Source of the DNA: Botryllus schlosseri
Lineage: Eukaryota
DNA: 64,000 bases
Direction of reading: 5' to 3'
Assembly: GCA_051294905.1 (NCBI GenBank)
Contig: CM119378.1
Span: 19,778,001 to 19,842,000, forward strand
The number at the start of each line of letters is the position of its first letter. The first letter of the stretch is position 1. Below the pieces are notes generated by a model, which did not search any database, had not been told where the DNA came from, and saw nothing but the letters and a program-made list of their open reading frames with translations. Positions 39,801-51,738 of the stretch are shown here, in pieces. The translations under genes and the position numbers were made by a program.

Positions 39801-41390
39801 TAGCTTGTGGTCGCTTTCGCTATTCATCAATACATGTTTGAGAGCACAGGTCCCATAACCGTAATAGCCTATGCTTGTCATATGGAATGTAATGTGAAAT
39901 TATGTGCAAACTTCGATGTTCAAGTCCGAGACTAAAAGCTGGTAAAATATAGGGTTAACATAAGCCCCGAAAGGAGGATACTTTTCACGAGCTGCAAAAA
40001 GTTACTATAGCGGACGAATGATTTGTATGTATGTACATCAAATTTCATGGTGTTGACTAAAAAAGCTCATTTTGTCCCCTGACTCCCGAAATACCCATCT
40101 CTCGTAAACTAGGTCATCATTTAGTGTCATTCGTAGTCTTTTTAGATATTTTAAGATAAAAAAAAGGAAGACAATTTGACAAAAAGGAGGATATTTGGAC
40201 AAATGAGGGACATTTCTTGAACGGAATATATGAGTTATTTCAAACAGTAAATAGTGACTTCGATCGTGTCACACTCGACTGATCACAGCTGATTCGTGTG
40301 CATCACACCGAGATTACAGGCATTCGTACGATAAGTGATGAGAGCCCGTCCGTGTGATCATAGCTTCCGTAGTAAAACATAGTAATTTTGTCGAATACCC
40401 CACCGTCAGACAGCTGTAACACTAACCAATTCCTTACCCTTTTAGAACTGGTGTAAAGGTCATAGTAGCCGATCACCATGTTACAATACTAACAACAACA
40501 ACCCTACCAAATGAATGCTACGTAATAATATTGTGTGGACGTGATCGATTAGCTTTCATAGTAATACGAACGAGATCTATATAGTTGTTATCGTTGTTTG
40601 ATGGATAGATTTCATTCAATCATAAACTACTAATATACTTCTTGTGGTGCTAAACCTGATTATACAGATGAATCAAACAGTATTCTTCCAATTGGGAGTA
40701 GTTGCCCGTCGTCGTGATTGACCTCCTAGTTCGCGGTGGTAACGAGGAATGTATAACACAAAGTGTAAATTGTATAACAGCGACAACTAACTGTTGTCAA
40801 TCGCCCACAACATACAGCTAACCAGTAATCTATAGAGCTTTCAAGAATAAACTAGGAATATAAGCGGTTAGCCCTAACTTGTCGTTCCATGACTGATTGA
40901 TCCGATTTCGTCACGACGGGTCTCGGTAGTTGTTGCCCGTACGATATAGTAGATCAATCTCAAAACTTAATTCAACCTAATCCAGAAAAATTTCACAAAT
41001 ACGTTTTTTCTAAATCCTAATCAATGCTCATCTCCGGCGTATACGTACTGGTTTTGTCAAAACAACAGATTGATGGAGCGTGGCTGACATTGATTGTGAC
41101 ACTCGATCACAGCTTCTTCTGGTGGAATTTTTCGAGACGCTAAATCCAAGGCTAGGACGAGGGGGTCAAACAGCATTTCTCTCACGGTAACACTCCGCCG
41201 AGTCAATACGTCCATAGTATGATGCTGCAAATATGACATAACATTTGTTGAGGATATTTTGTCAGCAGCGAAATTAGTCGAATTCGAACGACAGTGCGTG
41301 GCTGCCGAAGCAATAGTTCCTTAGTATGATATTGGTGTTGGCGTAACAAGTGTTGAGGATACGTTACGGTACACGCGAACACAACTGATT

Positions 41391-42452
41391 CAGTGTTGCC
41401 AACTCCGGATGGAAGAAAATCGCTAGAACTGGTGTCAAAAATCGCTTGATGTTGCTAAATATTGAGAAAAAAGCGCTAAAAAATAGCGCTAGATCTACAT
41501 TAATTGCTGAAGGTGTTAAATTGAACCATAATATCAATACACTCTTCTCAGCTATATTTTACTCGCCTGGGGGCCAAAGTCCCTTATCATATTTCTAGTT
41601 CATAATACGTGATATTTATCTCTAAGCGGAACAAAACGTGCAGTGCGTTTCGGTAGAGCGGATCGCTTTGCGCAATGATCGCTATACGTGACCACTGACC
41701 AGGTTTGCAGGCATAACCGCTCACTCTATAAGCGTGCCTTGCTCCATGCGTCCGTGAATAGTGATGCGATGTACCGTGGAAATGCGCTTGACTTCTCGAA
41801 ACTGAGTTGGCGTACTTGAACACGACATGCGACTTGACACACTTGTACGCAACATGCGACTTGACCCGATACAACACGACTTATCGAACCTGGTTTGCCA
41901 GCCACTAAAAGTAGAGGACCAACCCGGAGTAAGAAATTTAATGAATCTGGTCTTAAACGCCAGTGTCACACTGATTCCGCCAATACGAATTAAATTCTTG
42001 TAAAGACAATGCAACGACCTCAAAGTAGCCCCAAGAGTCTGAAAATCGACATTGATCAGAACAATCGCTGGACGAGATTGATCATTGTTATGTCCATTGT
42101 GTTGCGGCGGTGCCATTATTGAAGCAATGCTGGTTTTCAGACTTCGAGGGCTGTTTCGGGGTGCATGGTTCCATTGTCCTGACGAGATTTTATTTTGTAT
42201 CTTCGAAATCACTGCGACACTAGCTTTCGATCAAGACCAATCATATTAAATTGCAGCGCTCAGGTCGCCAGATGTAGCACTGTCAATTATGCTACTTTTA
42301 GATTACACAGCAAGAAGAGACACTGTTTGCCCATGCGTAACCGCCAGGAGTTGCGTATCTATCCGTACGTTAGTAATCCATCATTAATTTCATTACATAT
42401 CATTGGAGTCCGCACTCTGGTGGCAGATGAGTCGCCATAGTCGTCGGCCAGA
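41391..42452. mobile_element. Mirror copy of the nested hAT, one end deleted
   Basis: Starts CAGTGTTGCCAACTCC after AACTGATT; the other TIR falls in the deleted segment. Confidence 0.88.
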
Positions 42453-42545
42453 TTTAGAATCCCAATTCTATATAGTGCGGCCCGCGAATGGATTCAACAT
42501 TTGAATCCATTCGCGGGCCGCACTATATAGAATTGGGATTCTAAA
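42453..42545. repeat. Perfect hairpin, 45-bp arms with 3-nt loop (CAT)
   Basis: TTTAGAATCCCAATTCTATATAGTGCGGCCCGCGAATGGATTCAA-CAT-TTGAATCCATTCGCGGGCCGCACTATATAGAATTGGGATTCTAAA. Confidence 0.95.
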
Positions 42546-44471
42546 CCAAACGCGATACAAACAGAAGTCCGTCAATGAGTCGATACAAAGTCTCGTTGTA
42601 CGCAAATTAATGTACAACGACACTCCCCTTACAGCAGAACTATTTTGTCTGGACGGGGGTGGTCACGATTCGTTTCCGGACCCGGTGCAGATTTCATCAG
42701 TTTTGGTTAAACCCGGACTGGATGCGGCCAAGTGTCTTTGAGAGTCGGATTTATGCCACATTTTACTCAGCCTAATATATGGAGAAACCAGGATCTTACG
42801 GGTCAGTCGGATTTTTTGGACTTTGATTTCGCAATCCTATAGTCGCAGTGGATTCCAATTTCGAAATCTCCCACTCATCTTTACACCTCACCAAAAGCAG
42901 GCTATAGATCGCATCACATATGATCTGTCACAATTCATTCCCATTATTGCACCACCGAGCGCGTTTCAGCTAAATAAGGTCAGCCCACCCCGATGAAGCG
43001 AGCTACCCCGATTCGTCACTGGACAATTGAATCTGACATCGTACTCGCAGTTACCGAGTTCGAACGGGAAATGCGAGACTCGAAGGTGTGGCGCAGCAAT
43101 TCTCTGACGGTAACACTTCGCCGGTTCAATATATCCGTAGTATGATGCCGCAAATATGCTTGGAGGTATTGGCATAACACGTGTTGAGGATATGTTACGA
43201 CACACACGAGCACAACTGATTGTCTGCAGCGCAATGAGTCGAATTCGAACGACAGTGCGTGGCTGCCGAAGCAATAGTTCCTTAGTATGATATTGTAAAT
43301 ATGCGTGGAGGTGTTGGCATAACAAGTGCTGAGGATATGTTACGGTACACAGCTGATTGTCTGCAGCGAAATGAGTCGCTCTCGAACGACAAGTGCGTCG
43401 TGCGTGGAGAGCTCGCGATCGATATATATCGTACAAACGGGTAGAGCATCGCGGTAAATTGTATATCATGTACAGACACCGTCATGATTACGCTTGACCA
43501 GACGTGTAGCAGTAAAAAGAACCCATCATAAATACATTGTTTGGTTTGGACTGTCTATGTCCTATATGAAGACGCTAGAACGCGGTAAAGGTGTGGAACA
43601 GCAATTACACCAATTATTAGGTACGTAAAATCGGAAGTTAACACGTTGATGTGAGCTAAATTGAGAATCAGCTATTTCTTCAATTACTTATTTTTTTACT
43701 CATAATGTTACTTTATTTAAGTTAATCTATGCTGGGGCGCCTAATACACATTTCCACTACACGGCATTCCTTGTTGTTCTCGATATGACACGCATATTTA
43801 TAACCATAACAGAACATTTCTCGTTACTCTCTGTGTCGACAACAAATCAAAGGGGTCAAGTACGACAGTATGAGACAGACAAGCGTCACTTTGTACAGCC
43901 GAGCCTATTGACATCTAAAACACGCACCAGGATCTCACGGATTAGGAGAAAACTATACTGACGTCACGACCGGCAATTATTCCTATGACCCACCGTACAC
44001 GATATTGAATCAACCGCGGAACGACAAGTCAACCAGGGTGCTATGACGGACTATTGTCCCCAAGCCTCGTCACGAAATTGTACCACGGAACAACAGGTCT
44101 GGGCAGGCAACTATTATCAAGCCCTGTCGTGTACGAAAATACACAAGTCTCGTGTCCAGAGGCGAGGTAGAATCAGGAGTGGAAAAGTACAAGTAGAAGT
44201 ACTCCAGTCTCATGTCTGAGTACAAAGGTCAATAAGTACAAGTAGAATGACTCAAGTCTCATTTCTGTGTACAAAGGTCAATCCAGATTCGTTGTTCGTT
44301 TTCTCTCTATCGTTAATTATTCCCCCTTTTTTTATTGCCGCACACAGGGTCATAAAAGTATTGCTGCAAAATTGAGAATTAGCTAATTCTTTCATTAATT
44401 ATTATATTGATAATCTTTGTTTGTTTATTATAATCCTTGCATGCGCGCAAATCGCCCATTTATATACTACT

Positions 44472-45990
44472 AAAATGTATATAATAGTAAGTACTTATAC
44501 TTAGAAGTTGCGTTGTGTTGACGGTGTCAACATCAATCTGGTTGAGCTGTTTATGGGCGGAGATAATAAAGTTAGCAAATCCGGGAGAATGCTAATAATG
44601 TGATTAAAAACTGCTAATCGGGACGCATTTTAGGCGCAGATAATAAAGTTAGCTAATCCAGAAGAATGCTAATCGTGTGATTAAATACTGCTAATCGCGA
44701 CGTATAAAGTTGGAAAAGGTTACGCGCGATGGTTAATCGAGGTGTCCCGAGTTTTCAATCAAGTGGTGTTATATGTTGCATCATAATGCAAAACGCGTTA
44801 TGGGCTGTCACTTGTCAATTTGTTGAACGAAACAGAAGCCTGCTGGTAACTATTCTGCCACTGCAATAGGTAGAATTATCATCATCGCGAAATGAAATTC
44901 GTGTCCAATTAGTACGGTACAGCTAAGAAACGGGTTATGGAATATTGGTGGGTACAAAATTCGTTGACTGTTTAGAGAAGCCATTACCTAGGAGACAGAC
45001 AATCGGCACGGTCATTATCGGAAATATTTGTGCGTGTAGGAATGGTACGCATTGTACGCAGTCTGTAGTTTGTTCCGGTTTGTTAAATCATCAGATTAAC
45101 ACTAACTTTATGCGCTGCGATCAACCGGTTTCCTTAATCCTGGATTGATAAATCCTGACGAACGCGATAATCAACCTTGTTGCTAATCCAACTTTATTAT
45201 CTCCGCCCTAAGTATCTGGGAATTACGTTTGATAAACATCTCTGGTACAAATTCCATATAGACAGTGTTGTTAAAAAGTGTAGTCACAGGATCAATATGC
45301 TGCGTGTACTTTGTGGTAAGAACTGAGGATGTAATAAATCGTCATTATTAGAGTTACACTGGTCTCTAATCAGGTCTGTCATTGACTACGCTATGCCAGC
45401 ATACTACTTCTCTCCGAAATGCGATTTGAGAAAGATCAAAGTGGTTCAGAACAAAGCATTGCCTATATGTTGCGGAGCAATGAGCAGATCCCCTGTTTGT
45501 GCGTTACAAGCAGCATGCAACGAACCCCCTTCACCTTAACTTAGACACAAATATCTGTGCATGAATTATCGCTGTTACCTACTCGAACAAAATGCACATC
45601 AACATTCCGTGCTTGGGCTATTGCAAGATTCATGGCACGAGATACACGGTCTAATTAGACCTAGCTTTGTCACGTACAAAATTTACTCCAACGTCCCGTT
45701 GTTTCGGAAAATTTCAGTGGAGAAAACCCTCACTCACTATCAACCTCCGTGGATGGCCCGCCCACCAATCTTCAATAAGAAACTGCTATGGTTACACCCC
45801 AAGAATGTTACCCAAAGATGTCATAAAAAGCATGTTTCGGTGACTATATCTTTGAATTCCACGACGGAGCAATCGAAATATATACCGATGGGTCCAAGAC
45901 CTCGATAGCAACCGCTTACGCTTTCTATATCCCCTCACGCTTGTTATCGGTCAGTAGAAGCTGTCATGTCCATTATTTTGTATTTTCCGT
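44472..45990 (+). pseudogene. I-group LINE relic, part 2: RT end, connector and RNase H start; interrupted by a MITE
   Basis: CVDGVNINLVELF|KYLGITFDKHL..HIDSVVKKCSHRINMLRVLCGKN*G...SLIRSVIDY...VQNKAL.ICCGA...PPW...IYTDGSK (45878-45898). Confidence 0.85.
44555..45208. mobile_element. PIF/Harbinger-like MITE inserted in the LINE
   Basis: TIRs GGGCGGAGATAATAAAGTT / AACTTTATTATCTCCGCCC; 3-bp TSD TAT/TAA; removal restores ...LF-KYLG; two ~77-bp subterminal repeats at 44560-44710. Confidence 0.72.
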
Positions 45991-47747
45991 TGAACGTTTA
46001 GCGATTTTTCATGCATTGTCCTGGGTGTCCGATAATGTGTTATCAAATTAAAGTTGGATGTGTGAAAACATTTTGGCACCAGACATCTCAAAAAGGAATT
46101 GTTTATTTTGGGGACATGCTAGCACCGGGTGATACGGATTATTACATCGTCCAGTGTAGAACCTATATCGACATATGTAGCATTACCAAGATTATAACTT
46201 GACATATTAAGTGTATATTCTCTTATCCCAAGTCGATATTACTTATTTTCCATTATGAATTCATACCAAGCCGGAAATAATATCGCAACGCGAAAACGAC
46301 AAATATGTTATTGCATTCTCATCATGTAATGACTATAGTCCATACTGCTATAATGTGCAGAACTACAAACAATTATATCATGGAAATACTCTCACGAGGG
46401 ATCATATCTGAAAATATGTAGGCCCAGAGGCATTATAAGGTTCTACTTAATGGTAACCTTTGTGAAAATTGACTCCGACAGCTAATTATTTGCGTCTTAT
46501 ATCACGAATACTCAGAGGTGTGTGATCTCTATTACGGGGAGAGCGATATATATAAAAGGTAGCGCCATCGCGATGCCACTTAAACGTAATGAAAGTAACC
46601 GAGCTCGGCAAGAACAACAACTATAACAACAAGTCGGTCGAAAGACAGTCAAATATATTCGCTACGTATGACAATGTCTTCAACGCTGGAACATCCGAGT
46701 GCTCCAGTTGTACCAGATTTAGTATCGTTGTCAGCGGAAGACGTGACTCTATCACCAGCAGATTCAGTTACAACAGGATTTTACTACGGTTAGTACTATT
46801 CATTAATTCAGTCTTTAATATTCTTATCCTATCATTTCAACACATTAAAACATTTATAAAGAGTGGACTTGGTGGAATTGTATTAATTGAATTAAGCTAA
46901 CATGGAAATCGATGGACCAATATACTACAAAGTGGAAAAGGCCGCATCCACACTAAATGTGAAAAACAATAATCACATAAAATGAGCGAAAATATTACCG
47001 ATTCAGGCTCAGTGAAACTGTGCAAGCTAGGTGAAATCGATAAGTCGAATAGCCTAGTATAGGCCTACTCAGTAAAGTAACCTACATGCAGAATATTCCG
47101 TCCTATTTATAATACCGTCCTGTCGATAGATATTTTAAACTAATATGTTTGTTTACGTAAAAGTGATATCCGTATCTATAAGCATATCCTTTTGTCTTTA
47201 GTACACTTCTATATAGAGGGCCAACATGCTATCACTACCCATAGAAGCAGGCATCGTTTTTTCGTCTCACGCGATACATTCAGTATTCATCAGAAATATA
47301 CGTATCCACTTGCATATCCCGCGTACATCATCACATCACCGCATTCCTGCTTTTAAACCGGTAAAAAAGCTGTTAAAGTAGGGATTCACATTAGAAATAT
47401 ATAACTGTTTATTCCGAGAGCCATGTATGTCCTATATTTTCAATTGTAATTCCTGGTGTCGCAATTGAAGGTTCGTGACCTCATGGTCGTTAATCGTATG
47501 TGTTATATCAGCTGTATTAAAAACTAGCGTGATACTATAAGAACCTCCCTAGTCAAGGCATGCTGTTGGACTTCAGTGTCGCGGTGCCACACGTGTCGCG
47601 ACCTAAGTATTACGAATCCCCTTTTTACTAAATACTCAAGAGTTCAAAATCCGATTGGTTGCGATGTGGTGCAGGGTATCGTGAACGTTGCGACCTCGAG
47701 GTAGCAATAAAAGAGAAGCCCAGTGCAATTTCCAAATGCGTATCTAT

Positions 47748-48694
47748 CAGTGACGTGCGGTGAGGTTAATGGCTGCCCCCCCCCCCACACACGCACGTAA
47801 AGTAGACTACCTGATAAAGAGATCCAAAATGTGAATAACAACAGCAGCGGGTATAGAGACCATTTTCTTTGCACACTGATAGCCGTTGCAATTCCGCATT
47901 AAAAATACATGTAGGACTGGTCGCTATTGTGCTAAATGGGCAAGTTCAGACGATAATAATTACAATCTCTTCAAGTACCGGTATAAATTGTTCGAAGCAT
48001 AAAGCAACGACAATGTAGCCTATGCAAGTAGCTATCACATACCGCAATTTAACGCAAAATAAATAACAGCTACATAAGTAAGAGAATGTATTTGCTCCAC
48101 ATTACGTATTGGCCGTCGCTACTATATAATTCCTACAAGACAGTCAAGAGTCTCAAGACTATTGTATTCCAAAACCGATAGCGCGTTTCACTGTGCTGCG
48201 ATTGTCCAATTGTTAGCGAATAGTGCATGAGACAAATTCGTTTGTGCCTCACCTGGCCATTGTTTCTCTGTGATGGCATTGTTTGTAATAAAGCCGAATG
48301 TCACCTTCCTTGACGATTTTGTGGGGGTTCTGGTGGTCTGACACTGTTAAAATTTGGATTTTCGGAATCAGTGTGACGAATGACGATAGCATTTGATTGA
48401 TACCAGTTGTTATGAATTCCGAGCTATTTATGATGAATTGCATTGTCGCAGGTGAGGCACGACCCGGCCGCGCGTCACCTGCGACGCAACTCTTCTTTCG
48501 CGCTGTATTTTTGAATAATAATTATGAAAATTGATGATGTTGTGTGAAAAAATGTTCAAATTTAGTTATTTATGAACACCGATGTAAAATATCAATAATC
48601 ATCGACTCGTGGAGGGTTTTCACAATTTTCATTTATACGCCCGGACGACAGGTGAGGCACTGCCTCACCTGCCTCATTGGACTGCACGTCACTG
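47748..48694. mobile_element. hAT MITE
   Basis: TIRs CAGTGACGTGC / GCACGTCACTG; perfect TSD GTATCTAT; AGGTGAGGCA motifs. Confidence 0.88.
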
Positions 48695-49900
48695 GTATCT
48701 ATGTCAGAATTGTTTATGCAGTGATCCTAAAATGGGATTGACGACCTTGCTGCAATGTTTCTTATGTGATGTTCTGCAGACGTCTGCCTGTACAAACTTG
48801 CGCTTGGGTGCTAAACTTTAGCAAGATCTCGTATCCAAAAGGGACTGCCAATTGTGAACAATTTAAATACGTCGTGACGAGTTTGTTCGCATTATGGATA
48901 AGCCCTAGTTCACATCGTGATGATCAAATTGCCCAAATTAATATCCGCGGAAAGAAATTAAAGCTTTCGAGGTATGTAGACTTCTGTGTGAGGAAAATGA
49001 ATGTCTAGCGCGATTTGCTCAACACCGGCAATTATTACATCGTTTTCACCTGAAAGTTCTGCAACTTCCCAGAAAATTATCCGATTGAGATAATTCACGT
49101 TGCCACCGTGCTATTTTAATTTTGATTATAGTAATATAGTAGCAATACGGATTGGATTATGGTACGAGGCCCAGAATTTAATGCTGGCTTGGGTACACTT
49201 GAATGAACCTATTCATAGCTTTCGTGATTGTGTGGTTAAACGAAAAAGTAGGTTATCGTGAAACTCAATCTGCAAATGTTCATTATTTTGAACTGGTGAG
49301 ACAATCTGAAAGTGAGAGTTTGGTAAATATTTATATTAGTACATCGAGAAGTCACCGGGTGACATCCGGGTCATGTTCGTAATGATACATCCGAGACTTG
49401 AGAGCTGTAGGCTATTATGATGTTATGGGCGAGTTGCAATCTGCCCACAATAATCGCGTGAGTAGAACTAAATTTCTGTAAAACAGTTTCACCATTTGAC
49501 TCCGATACTCATACAATACAACATGTTATTACTGCACTGCCTGTGGTTAATGAAAAAGAACTTCAAAGTAAAAGTTCCCTCTGATTCATTGAGTTATCTG
49601 AGGGTAATAGAAGGTTTCGCTTATATGTATGCGACACTTTTTGTGAAGCTCTATTGTTATACCTATTTGTAACACTTTGGAGTAAAAACCGATTGTCCAC
49701 GATTGTCACTAGACATTAGCACATCATCGCTAAGTAAACGGCACACGTCAGATTTCCCCTGTAAACACCATCACCTTGTGGTTCGATCTGGTTTTCAATT
49801 TATCACTAAAACAGCGTTGCAATGAGCCTGCATGATCTGTGAGGCAACCCAATTTATGAAGATGCAAGCAATATCTTATAATGTGTATTTTCTCTTACAG

Positions 49901-50070
49901 AGCTGGACGGTTTTATTGCGTTCCCGATAATCGGATGCCTCTTTGGAATTGTACTATTGCTCGTTTTAATATACAACCTTTGGAGGTACAGAGTGGAATT
50001 AGAAACTGGTGTTAAAGATGGTCGAACTGACGAAGTCACACCGGGGCGGGCATACCATGAATTCGTTTGA
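49901..50070 (+). CDS. Putative terminal exon of a single-pass membrane protein (LDGFIAFPIIGCLFGIVLLLVLIYNLWRYRVELETGVKDGRTDEVTPGRAYHEFV*)
   Basis: Strong acceptor TTTTCTCTTACAG; ~22-aa hydrophobic segment followed by basic residues and a short tail; upstream exons not identified. Confidence 0.5.
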
Positions 50071-51147
50071 TGACAAATAATTGTCAGTAATATAAACATC
50101 AAATCGATCGATGGTTCATTTTTACACTTTATTATGCACTTCATTATATTTACAAAGATTGAGAGACTTCTTCGTTTCCTAATTATTTCTGTACTAACGA
50201 TATTGTTTGCGATAATTTTCCTATTTCTTTTCCCGAAGCTTCTGAAGACTGTGCTTTCCTTTAAAATAAATAATGAATGAAAAGTAAAGGTCTATACAAG
50301 ATGAATGATACATGAATATTATAGCAACACTCAGAAGCGTAGCCAGGATGAAAGATTGAGATGGTCAAATTACATTAGGAGGAAGACAGGGCGATTCGTT
50401 GTACCGTAGCGACCACAGATGACGTCACAAAATCCAGGTCGGAAATTGAGCAAAGAGCAATGGTGACTTTCACCTCTTCGCTGCGTCAATGGTATAGCAG
50501 TACACGGAACACACGAATTTTGCATATCCGTGGCGAAATAACAGAAAAAGAATCACGTTGTAGTCGTAACGCGAGTCCATTGTGACAATTAATTTGCAAA
50601 TGTGCGGCTCTCGGGCACGCCACAATGTTTGATCATCAGCAGTAATTTCTTAGTCGCCCTTACCGTTATTGATTATAGTCGCTCAATATGAGATAGGAAA
50701 TTGTTATCAATGAAAGATCATATATCGATGAAATGTGCTACACTTTTCCAGTGTACATCCAGAAACGGACCGAAGACTGTTGCTAGTGTAGTGTCATTTA
50801 CCCTACCCAATGCTTAGCTGGTGATAATCGGATTCTAGCGCATTGGTCCGCACAAGCGGTGGTATTATTCTCAGATATATTGATCTGGCTGTACGTGTCT
50901 TGTATAATAATAACTCTGGCGTATGGGAATTTGGGTGCTTTTCCTATAGGTTTCATTTCAGAATGTCGGTATGGATTTTAGTATGTGTCAATTATCAAAA
51001 TTCGTCAATATAAGGGGTTGGAAACGTTCAACACTCAAAGAGCCATTTGATCCTATTTCCCATCACATAATTCCACACAAACACGGTTTCATCCCTAACA
51101 TGACGATATCCACTACTTACAGTTTCATTTCGTATGCTAAAGCATAC

Positions 51148-51420
51148 GTCATGTAGCGAGATAGCGTAGTGGTCTGATTCAACGCTACAACACAAACTGG
51201 TCGTGGGCTCGTGTCGACTCCAGAATTTCACCTAAGTGGTGGAGCTTTATCTAGGCTCTTTCTCGCCATCTCATCCGTGTTAGCGGTGTGTCTTAAAAAG
51301 CCTACAAATGGGCCGTGCTACACGTCCGCAGCTACGGAATCAAATATAATGAATATCGGCCTGGTGTAAATAACCACTGTAGTTGACGATCACCAAAACA
51401 CCCAAAATAACACCAACAGC
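51148..51420 (+). mobile_element. tRNA-derived SINE, longer copy
   Basis: Head GTAGCGAGATAGCG...ACAACACAAA and tail GCAGCTACGGAATCAAAT...TGTAAAT...CACC shared with 10558-10762. Confidence 0.6.
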
Positions 51421-51738
51421 TTTCAGTCATGCTGATATTGTCGATACTCACGGAACATTGATAGTGTATCATGAGGAAAAGTGGTCAAAGTAGTCAGCGT
51501 TGCTACGGTTGGATGAGGGGTACGGGTATCCCTACCTTAACCCTAATCCACACGAACCCCAGTATCCCCCAACCCTAATATCCTCACCCCAACCCTAAAA
51601 GGTGAAAAAAATTATTTCGACGTTGATGAATTTTGACGTGCTTGTGGGAATGATTTATTGGTGTCATGGGGGAATACTGGCTTGTTATGATCGTAAATCG
51701 AAGAAGTGCCAACATATCCCCCCAACTACTTTCTAGTA

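Larger units (their letters stand above)
30597..44471. mobile_element. 13.9-kb non-autonomous Polinton/Maverick-like element made of giant inverted arms
   Basis: Termini AGTAGTATATAAATGGGCG / CGCCCATTTATATACTACT; perfect 6-bp TSD AAAATG (30591-30596, 44472-44477); mirrored ORFs across the centre; no recognisable PolB, integrase or capsid ORF. Confidence 0.78.
38507..44471 (-). repeat. Right inverted arm (5,965 bp)
   Basis: Mirror of the left arm with scattered substitutions and one 333-bp to 39-bp replacement. Confidence 0.96.

Noticed and set aside
31583-43485. Mirrored ORFs of 60-167 aa in the arms as Polinton genes
   Set aside because: No recognisable motifs; they overlap internal repeats and nested MITEs, and the mirroring follows from the inversion.
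30597-44471. Assembly or chimeric-read palindrome
   Set aside because: Disfavoured but not excluded: there is a perfect 6-bp TSD, AGT-repeat termini, colinear LINE flanks, a unique spacer, and substitutions plus an indel between arms.
51530-51600. Interstitial telomere-like (AACCCT) motifs, and (AATCCA)n at 56480-56870
   Set aside because: Short and irregular; the second lies inside a TSD-flanked MITE.
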